Assembly (NCBI GenBank): GCA_905178155.1
Contig: CAJINV010000002.1
Location: 8,575,224 to 8,639,223 of the forward strand
Source of the DNA: Amoebophrya sp. A120
Taxonomy: Eukaryota > Protista > Dinoflagellata
Length of the DNA stretch: 64,000 nucleotides
Reading direction: 5' to 3'
A program made the position numbers and the translations under genes. A model generated the notes under the pieces. It saw only the letters and a program-made list of their open reading frames with translations, was not told where the DNA came from and did not search any database. Shown here piece after piece: positions 51,330-63,620 of this stretch (positions are counted from its first letter, which is position 1; each line of letters starts with the position of its first letter).

Positions 51330-52231
51330 TCAAAACTCGTTTTGTTCCCCCGTGGCTTCCTCCAAGGGCAAGACTTCTACTCTTTCGTTGTCGATCTCGC
51401 ACTGGCCCTCGGGATCGTACACCATCCAAGTGAACGGCTGGTTTACGTCCAGAAACCCGCGCAACTCTTCCACTGCGGCAAAGATCGCTGCGCCCTGCTT
51501 CTTGTTCGACTCGTCCTTGGCGTGGGAGAGGCCGCTCGCGTGCTGCTCCAGGTTGTTGATAGCAGTGCTGATATGGTTATACAGGGTGTCCCTTGCGGGC
51601 TTTTCCGCCCCCTGGATCTCGAATTCCGCCTCGGGAATGGAGACTAGCGCGGGGTACGCTGCGAACACGAACGTGTTTTGGAGTAGGTCATCCCCGGTCT
51701 CGATCTTAAATTTTAGTCTGCGGCCCTCCTTGCGCTCCTTCGGGGTTATTTTGAATACCTCCTTACCGGTGTCGGGATTAGTCCTGGAGTTTTGAAGAAA
51801 TGCGAGATTGAATCTGACGGAAATTACAGTCGCAATCGTGCAAGAAGAGTCTGAGAAATTGACCTTGTGGACAAAATAACGAGAGACTCAACAATGCAAA
51901 AAAGAAATTCTCTAGCATCGCTATACCACACGGTGCAGTTAGGCATTTGGTGCTTCATAAACTCCAAAAATGTCCCGCCAAGTGCGTCTTCAAATTCGTC
52001 CGAGTCTGCGTAGCCCAGGTCGTTGAGTAAATAGAACTCGATAGACTCTACTGGTAAGAACTCAACACCATCCCCAAGCGTTGAAACGGAAAAGAAAAGT
52101 TGCTCCACCTCCGCAATAACTCGGGTGGCTTCCTGCTTCGTCACCGTTTGCGGATTCAATCGCTTGTCGTGCTCTATTTGCAGATCTTCCTGCTCCGCAT
52201 GGATTGCGGGATCGGATATGTCGATCTTCAT
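51330..52231 (-). CDS. ZPR1 A/B-domain-like protein without zinc finger, ~252 aa
   Basis: GRRLKFKIETGDDL, VSIPEAEFEI, PFTWMVYDPEGQCEI resemble the ZPR1 A/B domain. GT-AG intron 51784-51926. Confidence 0.7.
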
Positions 52232-53261
52232 GTTTGTGAATATTTTGCGAGGAGCTACTATGTTGAGAACGTGTAAACAGCAGACGTCGTTGAGTAGGTT
52301 GCAGTGTGATTACAAAAGACAAATAGTTGATGCGCGTTCGCGTGGTCGTTGAAGGAAAATACGCAAGGCAGTTTTTACAAGTCAATTTCACAATGCGGTA
52401 CTAGGGGTCAGGTTCTTTGTGTGGGGACGTCGGTCGTACTACCCAGATATGGTTCGCTGCGCAGAAATGATCTCACCAGAATCAATTAGAAACTCACACT
52501 TTTTGCGAAATTTCAGAATAAATATAAAAGACTAGACGATCTTTCCTCATGGAGGTTTTCTTCCATTTCATCGTTCTTGCGTGCTGCGGAACTAGGACTT
52601 TGAACTTGTTCCAAGGGTGATCACAATCTGAAACCAACACACTGCCAGACCGCAGCCGCAGAGTTTTGGATTCTATCACTGAGAACCTCGCTTTATTTTT
52701 GCATTGCTAATGCTATGGGAGAAGAAACATCAGATTTACAGCCACTCGAGATCATCGACAGACATCTACGTATTGGCTAAGATCTTCATACTGGGTAGTC
52801 GATCATTGTAGATCGACAGGCAGATCCTAATTTTTGTTCCATTCTAATTTGGCCAAAGCTACCAGCCGACACCGTCGCGGTGGATACATCGCTGCAAAAA
52901 TGCTCGTCAGTTCATTCTTGCACTGGTCATAGACGTTGACTTGTCTTGATGTTTTGCGAGAGCGCGTGCGCGACTACTTCTTTGGGAAACAAGAAAATGG
53001 AGCTGCAGCTGAGTCTAACATCTACATCATACAAAGGGTTGTTCGTTCTGCACGTTGCAAATTTACGTTCATTTCCGTTTTGTCATTTTCTCGTCAAGTC
53101 TTCTTCCTTAGGCTTGATCCTTAGGTTTGATCCTTTGAGGATTTTCATCTTTCTCTGCTGCACGGTTGGAATTTTTCCCCGACCATGGCAAGTTCAATAT
53201 CATTCTCTCTTGTCGTTGTTTCTGGACATTTTTCACCATGATCTTCATCCTTGGCATTTTC

Positions 53262-55505
53262 CTACTTGTGGTCCTCCTCCACCTCGTGCACGACACTTGC
53301 TGTGGACTTTTTGGCGCCGTTTGCTCCGGCGTGATCACCATCGCGAGTGCTCCTTTTCTGCTTCTGCTTCTTGTGAACCAAGTCGAGTTCGTCTCCCAGG
53401 CCACTGCTCCCGAGGGTCGAAGAAAGTTTTGTTTTGATTTTCGCGAGCAGATTGTACCAAGGATTGTAGTAGTGATCGTCTTCGTGGTGGCAATCAGAAT
53501 CCCAGTGGTCATCGTAATAATGGTGGTCATCATCATGGTGATAATAATGACCGTACCCCATCAGCCCCTCTCCGACCGTGTGCAGCGCGTCTTCGAGCCC
53601 GGATCCCATCGAGTCCAGCGAGTCCTCGAGGTGGTGCACCGAGCTTTCCACGCGGTCCAACGACTCCTCCACGCGGTCCAGCTGGTCCTGCTGCTCGGTG
53701 GTCAGTCCACTGCCAGTCGCAGTGCCCGAGATTTTGATGGTGCCTTCGACGGGATGAGTGGTTGTGTCTTCTGGCGTTGATGTTTCAGCGTCTTCGCCTT
53801 CTTCTGCTTCTTCATCTTCCAGTACTTCTGGGTCCTCTTCGGTTTGTTCATCTTCGTCCAGCTCTTCTGGCTCAGATTCACCATCTCCGAATTCGTCCTC
53901 TTGTGGCTCGGATGAGTCTTCGATTTCCTCTCCTGGTGCAGGCTCTAGCACTTCCTCGTCTTCCTCTTCTTCTTCTGTCGGCTCCTGGTGCTCCGGGTCA
54001 ACATCTTCATCTTCATCGTCCATGTCCATGTCATCCTCGATGCCCTTCTTGGCTTCTTGCCCGTGCTTTTGTTTCGCAAGCAGGAGGTCCTTGGTTTTGT
54101 CATCTTCGGTAGTTTGCGGCGCCCCCGGCTTGTCAGAAATAACTCCAGCACCGCCCTGAGAGGGAACAAGTCCTCTGTGCGGCTTCGTCAAGCTATCGGA
54201 CTTGTCGTCGACACCTTGACCTTTCATCTCGTCGTCCGGCACTTCCTCCACTATCGGGATCTTGCCAAGCTGTCCAGGCGTCTCCTCCTCCTTGCGCGCT
54301 TTGTCCTCCGGCGGCGGATGCCAGGCAGGCTGCACTTTCGCCGTAGCGAGTTTTGCGATTTCTTGGGAAGGTAAAGGAGGTGGAGCTGGTGCGGAAGACG
54401 CCAGCAGCTTGCCATTGCCGTCCGTTCGCATGCCGTTGTGTATAGTCGGATCTACTGCTGGATTAGGCTGTGGTTGCGGCATTTGGTTTTTGGGCAATTG
54501 CCGAGGTGCTGCTGCACTGACAACTTTGTTCGTCTTTTTCCGGCTTTTGCTTTTGGTGGCAGAAGTACTCAGGCTGGCCTGCTTTGCTAGTGACGAACCT
54601 CCCTTTCGCGAATGCGCTCGCTTCTGCGTTTTTCGATTGAGACGATTGTTGTTTACTCCTGCCGTGTTTTTGAAAGCTGCAGTGCTGCTCTTCTCCGCAG
54701 CAAAACTTCCCTTCTTTGCGGCCTGTTCTTTCATGTGTTCGTAGTACGCTGCTGAGCCAATATGTGTCGGTCTTCGTGGAACAAAAAAAAAATCTTTGGA
54801 TATGTTGAAGCAAACGCAGGGGAGTAGCATCGGCATACTGATACTGATTCGATCGTCGTTTTCATGCATGTAGACTGATTTCAGGTCTAACCCAATATAC
54901 CGCATTGAGCGAACCCTCCAGAATAAAAAAAGTAGAAGATTTTTTTCCACTCATAACCGGTTGGCAGGCCAAGCATCGAGCGCACCGCTATCTTCCGCGC
55001 GACTTTCGGCCAAACCTAGCAGACCGAGCTGCTGCCGGCTCGCCGTACTAACCCCGCCTCCAAGAAGTTGGCCGTTCGCAATGTTGTTGCTCTGGACCAA
55101 GCACTGTAATAACTTGCCCTTCGTCAGCCCCGGGGTGTGCTTCATCGCGCCCGCACAAGATTCGCAGCCGGCCATGCAGAGGTCCAGAGCAAGGTTTTTT
55201 TCTCCGTCCGAGTAGCTCTTTTCAATAAACATCGTTTCCAAGTTGCAAAAGTCTTGCGCGCAGTCCTGGTGTGCGAACTCGTAGGGCTTCTCCCCTTCTT
55301 GGATCACCTTCGCCATCTTCCGGCGTAGAAACTTGTAGGCAGCTGCATCAGACTTGGTGAGGGCTCGCATGCTGCTCCGTGCACCTAAGCGTCGCTGCAT
55401 GCTATTCAGCCGGATGCTGTTTGCGCCCTGCGGACCATTGCACATGATGTTGGCCACAAGAAGAGCCGCAGCCGCACGATGTGCGGATATCGAGGAGCTC
55501 TTCAT
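53262..55505 (-). CDS. Putative secreted protein: Cys-containing domain, acidic tract, His/Asp/Tyr cluster, ~685 aa
   Basis: Signal-like N-terminus. ORFs 54951-55547 and 53262-54950 are joined by GT-AG intron 54772-54957. Confidence 0.65.
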
Positions 55506-56353
55506 CTCGACCTTCCAGGCAGACTCGACTTCCAATTTCTTGGCCAAGCAACTTGAACTTATGTTGTCAACATCTGCTCAAGTTTCTATTGTACTTTGTC
55601 ACACAACCGATGTTGCGCACGGCAGATTTGTAATAAAGCAAGAAATCATCAGAAGCAAAAACCTTCTGTGAATTGCACACGACTATTCTATAAACCTAGG
55701 TGGTTCTCTCTTCGTCCTGCTGCTGCTGTCTATCTCACAGCTGCGCATGCTTTCACTCAAAGACAAAGCGTTTCATCCGCCGCTCTCCCAAAAACTCAGT
55801 TGGATGCAGTGAGGCTCGGAGTCACAGGCAAAACCCAATTACACAGGAGGGCGATCTTGGATCTTCCCATTCCCGTTCCCCCTATAGAACATCTTCGTGT
55901 CTTACACGTTCAACGGAGACGGTTGTATATCTGACAACTACTTCATCACAACTTGTTCGCGAAAAAAAATCAAAACTCCTCTGCTGTTCATAGGCCACCA
56001 AATTTGCGCGGTTGGTGGAAAGAAAATCTCCGTCAATTACAATTGCGGGAGGGACAGAGGGCGGTTGTAGATTTAGTACGAGCCCGCATATAAGTAAACA
56101 TGAAAGTTTGTTTGCAATGAAAACCTGCAAAAAGAAGCAGGGACACAAGTGAATAAAAATCCTATTTCAATGCAGTCCAGTCGTGAAACTTCGAAAAGTT
56201 CTGCGCGTGATACACATAACAGTGTTTCAGAGTTGTTCTCGTTACTTACGTGTGGTAGTGATACTTGAAAGAACATCCTCTTGCGGCTTCGACTTTGAAG
56301 ATGACACATCTCGTCTCTGTGGGCTGTGCAGTAATTGCACACGGAACTTTTCC

Positions 56354-58728
56354 CTACGCCGTGATCTCGACCCAGTTGTTTTTCCTAGTGTCCAGAAGAT
56401 TCATGATGGCAAACCGGACCTTCTTATTCTCCGTTGTGTTTGCGATGTCCATAAGCTGGAAGAATTTGGTCTTCAGCTCCTTATGGTGCGCCCAAGTGTC
56501 CTTGTCGAATTCTGGACCTATGACTTTGAGGAAAACCTGGTGTTGGAGTTTTTGATAAACATACAATCGCGCACGACATGTTCTTGTTGTATACACAAAT
56601 TTACATACCGCTATCCTTCGCCATGGTACTAGTACGTCTACGTGTACAAAATGCATCAACAACAGAAACGCAATTTTTGCAAGTCTAGAAAATTAGTCAC
56701 AAATACCGTCAAGTTCTCGACTTTGATCGTGTCCCCGGGAGACTCCAGCAAACTGTCGCAGATCATCAAGATCAAACGGCTGGCCAGGAGTTCGTTAACA
56801 ATCAACTTTCCGACGAATTTCACCGTGCCGAGCATGCATTTTTTGTACAAAGTCTCAACCTCCAGCTGGCTGTGCATTTCCGTGGCCTCCAGGTTGGGTT
56901 CCGGCTCGTGGAGGTACTTTTCGAAGCTTGACTGACACCGGTTCAGAAGGATGGAGCGAAAAGATTTAGGGTCCTGATATTGTTTTCGAATCATGTATGA
57001 TCACAGTTGATTCCGCCTCTATCTAGACAGCAAAAAAAACGACGACCCGGTCGGGACGAGCTCAAAAAAATTTCATCAATTTAGGCACAGAAATCCAGAA
57101 AGTCTTCTATGATTCATATTAGAAGACAATGAAGCATATGTACCACGCTTGCAATTGTTCCCTCCTGGCACCATGAGTTCAACCGAACGCACATGTCTGT
57201 GTAGAGCTCCAGGAAGTTGTGCTGTTTAACGACCTTGTCGAAAATCTGCTCTGCAAACATCTCCACATCGTCTGGGCACGTGATCACCTCTTTCAACTGG
57301 TCCGCGCTGTAGTGTAGAATGTGTGGTAGCAATACAGGAAAAAACAAGCACGCTACTCCACCTATGTATCACTATCTCAATTTTTCTAAAACTGCGCAAA
57401 TTGTAGCACGGCGCGACAAAGCGAACCTGGGTACACCGCGGCTTACTTTCCGATCAAAAACGCACTTCTACCCTATCGCTATCATAGACCAAGCATCACC
57501 ATCACTCAGACTCACGTATAAATTATACAGGCTGTCAAATTTCTGTGGTGAGAGCTTGTTCAGGATTCCTTTGATCTTCTTCAGTGTCGCCTTTACTTCC
57601 TCCTCTGTCTTAACAACCACTGGTCTCGCGGGCTCTGGTGCAGGTGCTCTCCTGCTGTCTGCTATCTGTTGCGGTGCTGCTTCTCGCTCGTCGTAGTAGT
57701 AATCGTCTCCTGGCTTACCACCGTCCTTCCCGATGTCCTTGCCCTTTCCTTTGCTCCCTTTGTAGCCCCCACCGGGAGGCGACTCAGGCCTCCTTCGCTG
57801 GTGGATGGCCGGTCGCTGCTGGTTGTAGGAACTACTAGTACCGGGCGTGTCCGCATCTTTGTCATAGTAGCCGCTGCTTTTTCCGCCACTCGTTTTTCCT
57901 GCTCCTTTCCTGTCGTTGTAGTAGTCATCATCACGGTCACGATCCCCTCCTCGGCGATCGTAGCCGCGGCTGTTTTCGATGTTGTCCGCGTGATCCTGGG
58001 TTCCGTAGTCTTCGCGGTAATTCTTTCCACTCGAGCCTGTGGATCCGCCCTTGTTGTAGCTACCGCCTCCGTAGCCGTCTTTATCCTTCCCGCGGCTAGG
58101 GCTCTTTCCGTACGACCGGCTACTATTTTCGTAGCTGTTGTAATCGTCATAGCCGTCCTTTTGCCTACTTGACGGTCCACCACCCTTTACGTTGTTGTAA
58201 TCATCTCGGTCAACGTCGTCATACTTTCCTCTGCTCTTGCTGGACGCCTTTCCCCCGTACGAGCTACTCCCCTTCTTGCTACTAGACGCGCTGTAACCTC
58301 CGCCATAACCTTCGTCGTAGTCGTTGCTCGGCCTATCGTAACCTCCTCGTCCCTTCGCCTCGCGGTCCTCATCGTCATAGCGATTCCCGCCCTTGTTCGT
58401 TCGCGGGGGGGACTCTAGTCTTCTGGGAGGATAATACTGGTCCTGTTGGTCACGCCCATAACTATCCTCGTCATCGTGCGGGGAGCTGCGTTGCCTGAGA
58501 TCATTGAATGAATTTCAATTTGGTTTGTTTTTTTGACATGAGAACAAATAGGGTAAATACTACAAGGAGTGACGTCTTCAGTACCGCGCTAATGTGATAA
58601 ACACAAACGAAGACTTTCTACCATGAATCCTTGCCGCTTTTGCCTTTTTTGCCCTTGCCTTTTCCCTTTTTCCCCTTGTTTTTGCCGTAGCTGTCTTTTT
58701 GGTAGTAACTATCGCCGTAATCGTCCAT
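56354..58728 (-). CDS. MIF4G-domain (eIF4G-like) protein with Gly/Tyr/Arg/Asp-rich N-terminus
   Basis: IKGILNKLSPQKF, IFDKVVKQHNFLELYTDMC, FRSILLNRCQSSFE, GTVKFVGKL, VRFAIMNLLDTRKNNW. Multi-exon. Confidence 0.88.
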
Positions 58729-59432
58729 GGTAAAAACTTTTAATTTTCAATGCAACTACCACGCGACCACTAACGATTGTAGCAATATAGTCAAACACTG
58801 TCAAAAAACAACTTCTTGGACTTCGCCAGTTCTTTTTCTAGATTTGCTTCTCTGCTGTTGTTGTGGCGAATCGTCAACGTAGTCGTAAAACAATCAAATG
58901 CTGCTGTCAAGTTTATTCGTATGTGTCTACAGATGATCTTGGTGATCGTGATTGGGGTTGTGCGCTCTGCTGACACTGCATATTAGACGTGATCTCATTG
59001 TAACTCTTGGGTTTCACGATATCTTCTGCACGGGCGTGGTAGCTGCATCCGTTATTAAGGTTTCATCTATGCTTCAAATCTTCAAAGATCTTCGCAGGTG
59101 ACTTGGGGGAAGTCGATGAATAGAGACTGGTTTTGGAAAGATTACTTGGGACTGGAACTGGTCGCAGCAAGATCAGAAATTTCCAAGAATTATGTCACTT
59201 TTTCCACCAGAATTTCATTGTTATTTCAACTACCACGCACCTTAACAACGGCATACCGGTGGGGTGACTAGTCTGTTGTCGATAGTACTCAAATAAAAGT
59301 GAACATCACAGCAGCCAAGAACAAAATGCAACCATGATACAGTTGGCTGCATTCGCAGAGACGAGATTTCCTTTTCCATGTTGCGAAGCTACTCCTGATC
59401 GATGTGTAAGTACTTAATTAGTGCTGATGATC

Positions 59433-60275
59433 TCACGACGGTTTATGTGGTGATGGGTTCGAGGTTTCGTCAGCATCAGACAATGGAACCGTCTCACTAG
59501 CGCCGGGTTCACCTGCAAGTGTGCAAGAACCATCTGTAGTTTCCTTTTGATCTACCGTGACCGCAGCGGCGCGCCTGCGTTCCAGCCGATCGCGACGCAA
59601 CACCACCGCCTCATCTTCTTCTTTTCGTATCAACTGTAAAAATGTCTGGGTCTGGAAGAATCCAACTTGTCATGCTGATTTTGGATTCTAAAAAAATTTG
59701 TGTTGCATGAGCAGCAAAGAGTGTCCAAGTTTTGCTACACGGACAGAGCATTTGTCATGCGGTATAGGCATCAGGAAGCCCTCACAAAATCTGTGATGCT
59801 AGGGCATGCATCACAGACATCAGGAGTCATGCACCATGTGCATGACAAACCTGGCAATCTTCCAGACCCAGACATTTTTACATTTGATATTTCGATTCCG
59901 CTTCCAATAGATGGCGAGCTCGACCGCCGCGAGGCCGAAAACCAGAATGGGAATCGCGGGGTGGCACAGCTGGTCTTTCTGCGACGTCAGAAATTGCTGC
60001 AGGAAGTGCTTGTACCCCGTCTTGTCCCCATGGTTTGCGGACGAAAAGGAGCGGCGGCTTGATGAAGAAGATGTTGAACGCGTGGATGAGGTTTTCAAGC
60101 CCATGCTTGTGATCTTCGGAATACTGGTGCGGCAGATGCTTCTAGTGAAGACGCATGTACAACATGCGAGAGAGTCTCTTGCCAATACTGAGCTCAACGC
60201 CGCCGATGAGGCGGCTACACAACTTGCCCTCGTGGCGGTGGCCCCGGGCTTTGGCACCATAACGCTCCGCAGCAT
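59433..60275 (-). CDS. Small single-pass membrane protein, possibly mitochondrial, ~191 aa
   Basis: Ser/Arg-rich leader ending RRSFSS and one TM (AIPILVFGLAAVELAIYW). Continues as KRNRKEEDEAVV after removing the 267-nt non-canonical intron. Confidence 0.65.
59628..59889 (-). mobile_element. IR-bounded introner-like intron (262 bp + 5-bp direct repeat)
   Basis: tatcaactgtaaaaatgtctgggtctggaag...cttccagacccagacatttttacatttgata; tttcg at 59623-59627 and 59890-59894. Alignable along its length to 24424-24683. Confidence 0.93.
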
Positions 60276-60926
60276 GATGTTGTAGTTGTTCGTGTTCAAT
60301 ATAGGCAGTCGAAAAAATGTGTCATGGAAACGGTAGCGTTTGCATTTGCAACATTTTTTTCAAGAAAAACGACGGGGAGTGATAAAAAGATACAGTGCCG
60401 CAGATAAACAAATCACATGTACAGCACGAAATAGCCGATGAAAAACAGATACAAAAACGCGCCTTGCATTAAAACACTAAACATACACGATCACCATATT
60501 TATAAATTCCAAAGGCAACCGAGAAAAACACTACACGTCGAGTCTGTGGCGCTACTCGTAAATCGATTTACACCAAAAAACTGCGTCAACAACAACAGGT
60601 GGTAGCATTCCAAAAAACTGCGTCAACATCTGCAGATGATTGCGAAGTCATTCTCATTGCGCCTTTCGAGAACTCATCACATTGCTTCCCCGTTCTATGC
60701 TGCCTAGGCTGCGCTAAAAATGCTCGCCAACGGCGCGCTGCGTGTGCGCATCATCGCGTGCCGGAGGTAATTATCGTAGTGCCGCCGATTGTTTTCTTTT
60801 CTTGGAATCTGTTCTTGTGCCATATATCAGCTTCATCTGTCTGATCTGACGGCCAGCATTTTTTGAGTTCTGAAACGTTGATGATCGTACAGGAAGTGGA
60901 ATCTTCAAATAGAAGATCATTATCAC

Positions 60927-63620
60927 CTAGCACCACAACAAGGATGCCGTCAGAACCAGGACTACCGACGAGAAGGCTGTCGGTACAATTATCTGCCCCC
61001 CACGTCGCAAGCCCCCAAACCAGGTCCACCCTCCGCCTCCCCGCAAACCGCCGGCCGCGCTGCTTTTATTGACGCCGTTGTTTATTCCGCCACCCACGGT
61101 TACATCGGATAGCGTGTCACCGACCTGCGAAACAATCGCGCCGGGCGCACGCAATAACGCGCTCACGCCCCTGCCAAGATGACCGGCCAGGCCGAGCTCC
61201 TCGTGCTGGATGGAGTACGCCCCCAGCCAGGGGGGCACCGTGGCGCACTGCCACCGCTCCTGGATTTGGTCCGGGCGGCCCTTGACGCATCTCCCCTTTT
61301 TGGCCGGTTGCTGGTTCTCCTGCACCGTCGACAATAGCGAGTCCACCAAATTGCCAGCCACATGGTCCTTAGAATTGAAAATTTTCACGCTTCGATTTCC
61401 TTTCAGAAGATGTTGAAGCAGTAGCAGAAGGCACTACATCTACAACATAGATACAACATTATAACCATCAATCACTTGCTCTACCTCCACTTCCCACACA
61501 CAAATTGCGAGCGAGCTTTTTTGGCACTGTTCCTGCGTGAGAATGTCGCCGCACTTTTTCATGTAGTACTCGTTTTCCTGTTCCTCGGTCGCCACGGCGC
61601 CCCCGAACGCCGCTTTTGTCTGGCACTTGCCGTCCTGGAACTCGCAACGGGCAAACTTCGCACACTCGTCCGGTTTGGACCGCGTCTCGCACCGCTGGCA
61701 GGTGTTGTACGAGTGGGCCAGAAGCTTCGCGCTCTCTTTGTGCCGCGACGCATCGTGGGCAAATTGGGAGGTGCCGGCGACGTCGGGTATGCAGCTGTCA
61801 GATCAGGGAAGAGAACGAAACCAAGAATTAGGATTAGCGTTTGAGGGATGTTGTTGGGAAGGATGATCGAAGATACTACTTGCTTCTTCTGTCTACTCCT
61901 AGAGGAGCAAAAACCTCCTGTGACCAATTTTGCAAAAATAATTTTCTTGATTTCCAACACAAACCCTGCTCGACTTTCTTTGATACCCAACTGCGAGCAC
62001 TTACACGGATCGACGTAGCAAAATACCTGGGGATCAACATCATGATAGGTTTGATTTATGATTTCTGATTCTTCATCATACATACTGAAGGTGAGTTTGC
62101 AGCTGAAGTTTGTTGAGAAATGATTGAGCAAAACAAATTGAACTTCAAGCACTCCTACTGTTTGATGCCGTGTTTCTACGCTGGATTTTTTCCAGAAATT
62201 TGTCAAATAATTCTCCGCAAAATGAAAAAAATCACACCTGCGCGCAGTTGGGGAAATTCAAACCGCCATGATTCCGATCGCTTTTCACGTCAGTCGATGG
62301 ACACTCGCCATTCCAAATGTCCTCGCCCCAGTTTGCCTGCGGCATGTCCCACGCATTACAGAACGAGCCGAAATAGGGACTCAGCTCGATGACCTGGTCC
62401 TCATTATCCGTCTCCGCGGTGGTAGACGCCGACTGCCCCGCGTTTGCACGATCTTCTCGACGAGTCTGGTGAGTTTGTAGCGCACTGTACGAGGACGAGG
62501 ACGACATGGACGCTGAAAAATCATCGTTCGTGAGCGGCGGCACCTTGTCGTTCTGGCTTTTTTCCAAGGCCTTTGGCTGACCGAAAGTCGTGTCCCATTT
62601 CACGACCAAGTTGTCTGGGATGGAAACTGACTGTTCTGTGCTAGAAGTAGTACCTCCTGCAGTAGATGCTGACCCCCCGGACGAGCTTCTGGTACCTGCA
62701 TTCGACGAAGATGAAGAAGAACCTCCTTGTTCCACTGTTCCGTCGTACCCTTTCAGCTCGTGCTGCAAGTCCGTCGTCCGGTGGTCAGAGTAGGAGGAAA
62801 CGTCCAACGGCAGGCGTGCGCGTATTTCTTCCCACGATAAGCAAGCGCAGTCACTGTCTCCGTAGTCGTACTTCACCTCGTTGCCGCCTACCACGAAAGA
62901 CTCCTTCGTTTTGGGTTCGGCATTTAGCCCGCTGCTCGACTTTTTCAACAATCCGGATGGTGTGCCGTTCTTTTTGTTCTCCTTGACGACGTTGTTGTTT
63001 CTTATCCCGGGAACAGGAGAGGAATTTTGATCGGTTTGCTCCTGCATGCTGTCGACTTTCATGACACTGAGCGCGCCTTCCCCGGCATCCGCTGCTGGCT
63101 GCAGAGCACCGGTGTTCGTGAACAGCGCAGGAGGTTGCTGGGCCCCTGTAGTTCCTACCGCGACTGCGCCCGGAGCTGCAGTTCCTGCAGTGCCTATCAC
63201 CAGGGGCGGGCTCGTCGCCGGTGGGGCTGCTGCGGTGACAGGCACGTAAATGATCGGCGCTTGCTGCGGCAGAACACCATTATTTGCGCTCGTTGCGACG
63301 ACGTCCGAAGTTGCACTGGCAACAGTCGAGGACGTGGCCGAGCCGCGTTGCTGGATATCATCTACTTCTGGCTGCGGGGACGTCAACAACGCCCCATTTC
63401 CGAGATCCTTTCCGTTGACGACGATGGTGATGCGCTTGTTATCGTTGTTGTTCCTGTTTTCTTCGGAGCTTTCCTCCTGCTGTTGTTGACCACTGGATAT
63501 ATCATACCCGCTAGACAAAACTGCGTTATTTCCGACCTCGCCGCCTCCTTCTGGCTCGGACGAAGAGGCTGAGCCACTGGTGCTTGAAGGGATTCCGGAC
63601 GACCTGGTGATAATCGCCAC
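60927..63620 (-). CDS. Cys-rich extracellular-type hypothetical protein, multi-exon, ends uncertain
   Basis: 462-aa ORF ending YFGSFCNAWD..C..C, followed by exons FCYVDPCKC and CQRC..CAKFARCEFQDGKC. Confidence 0.55.
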
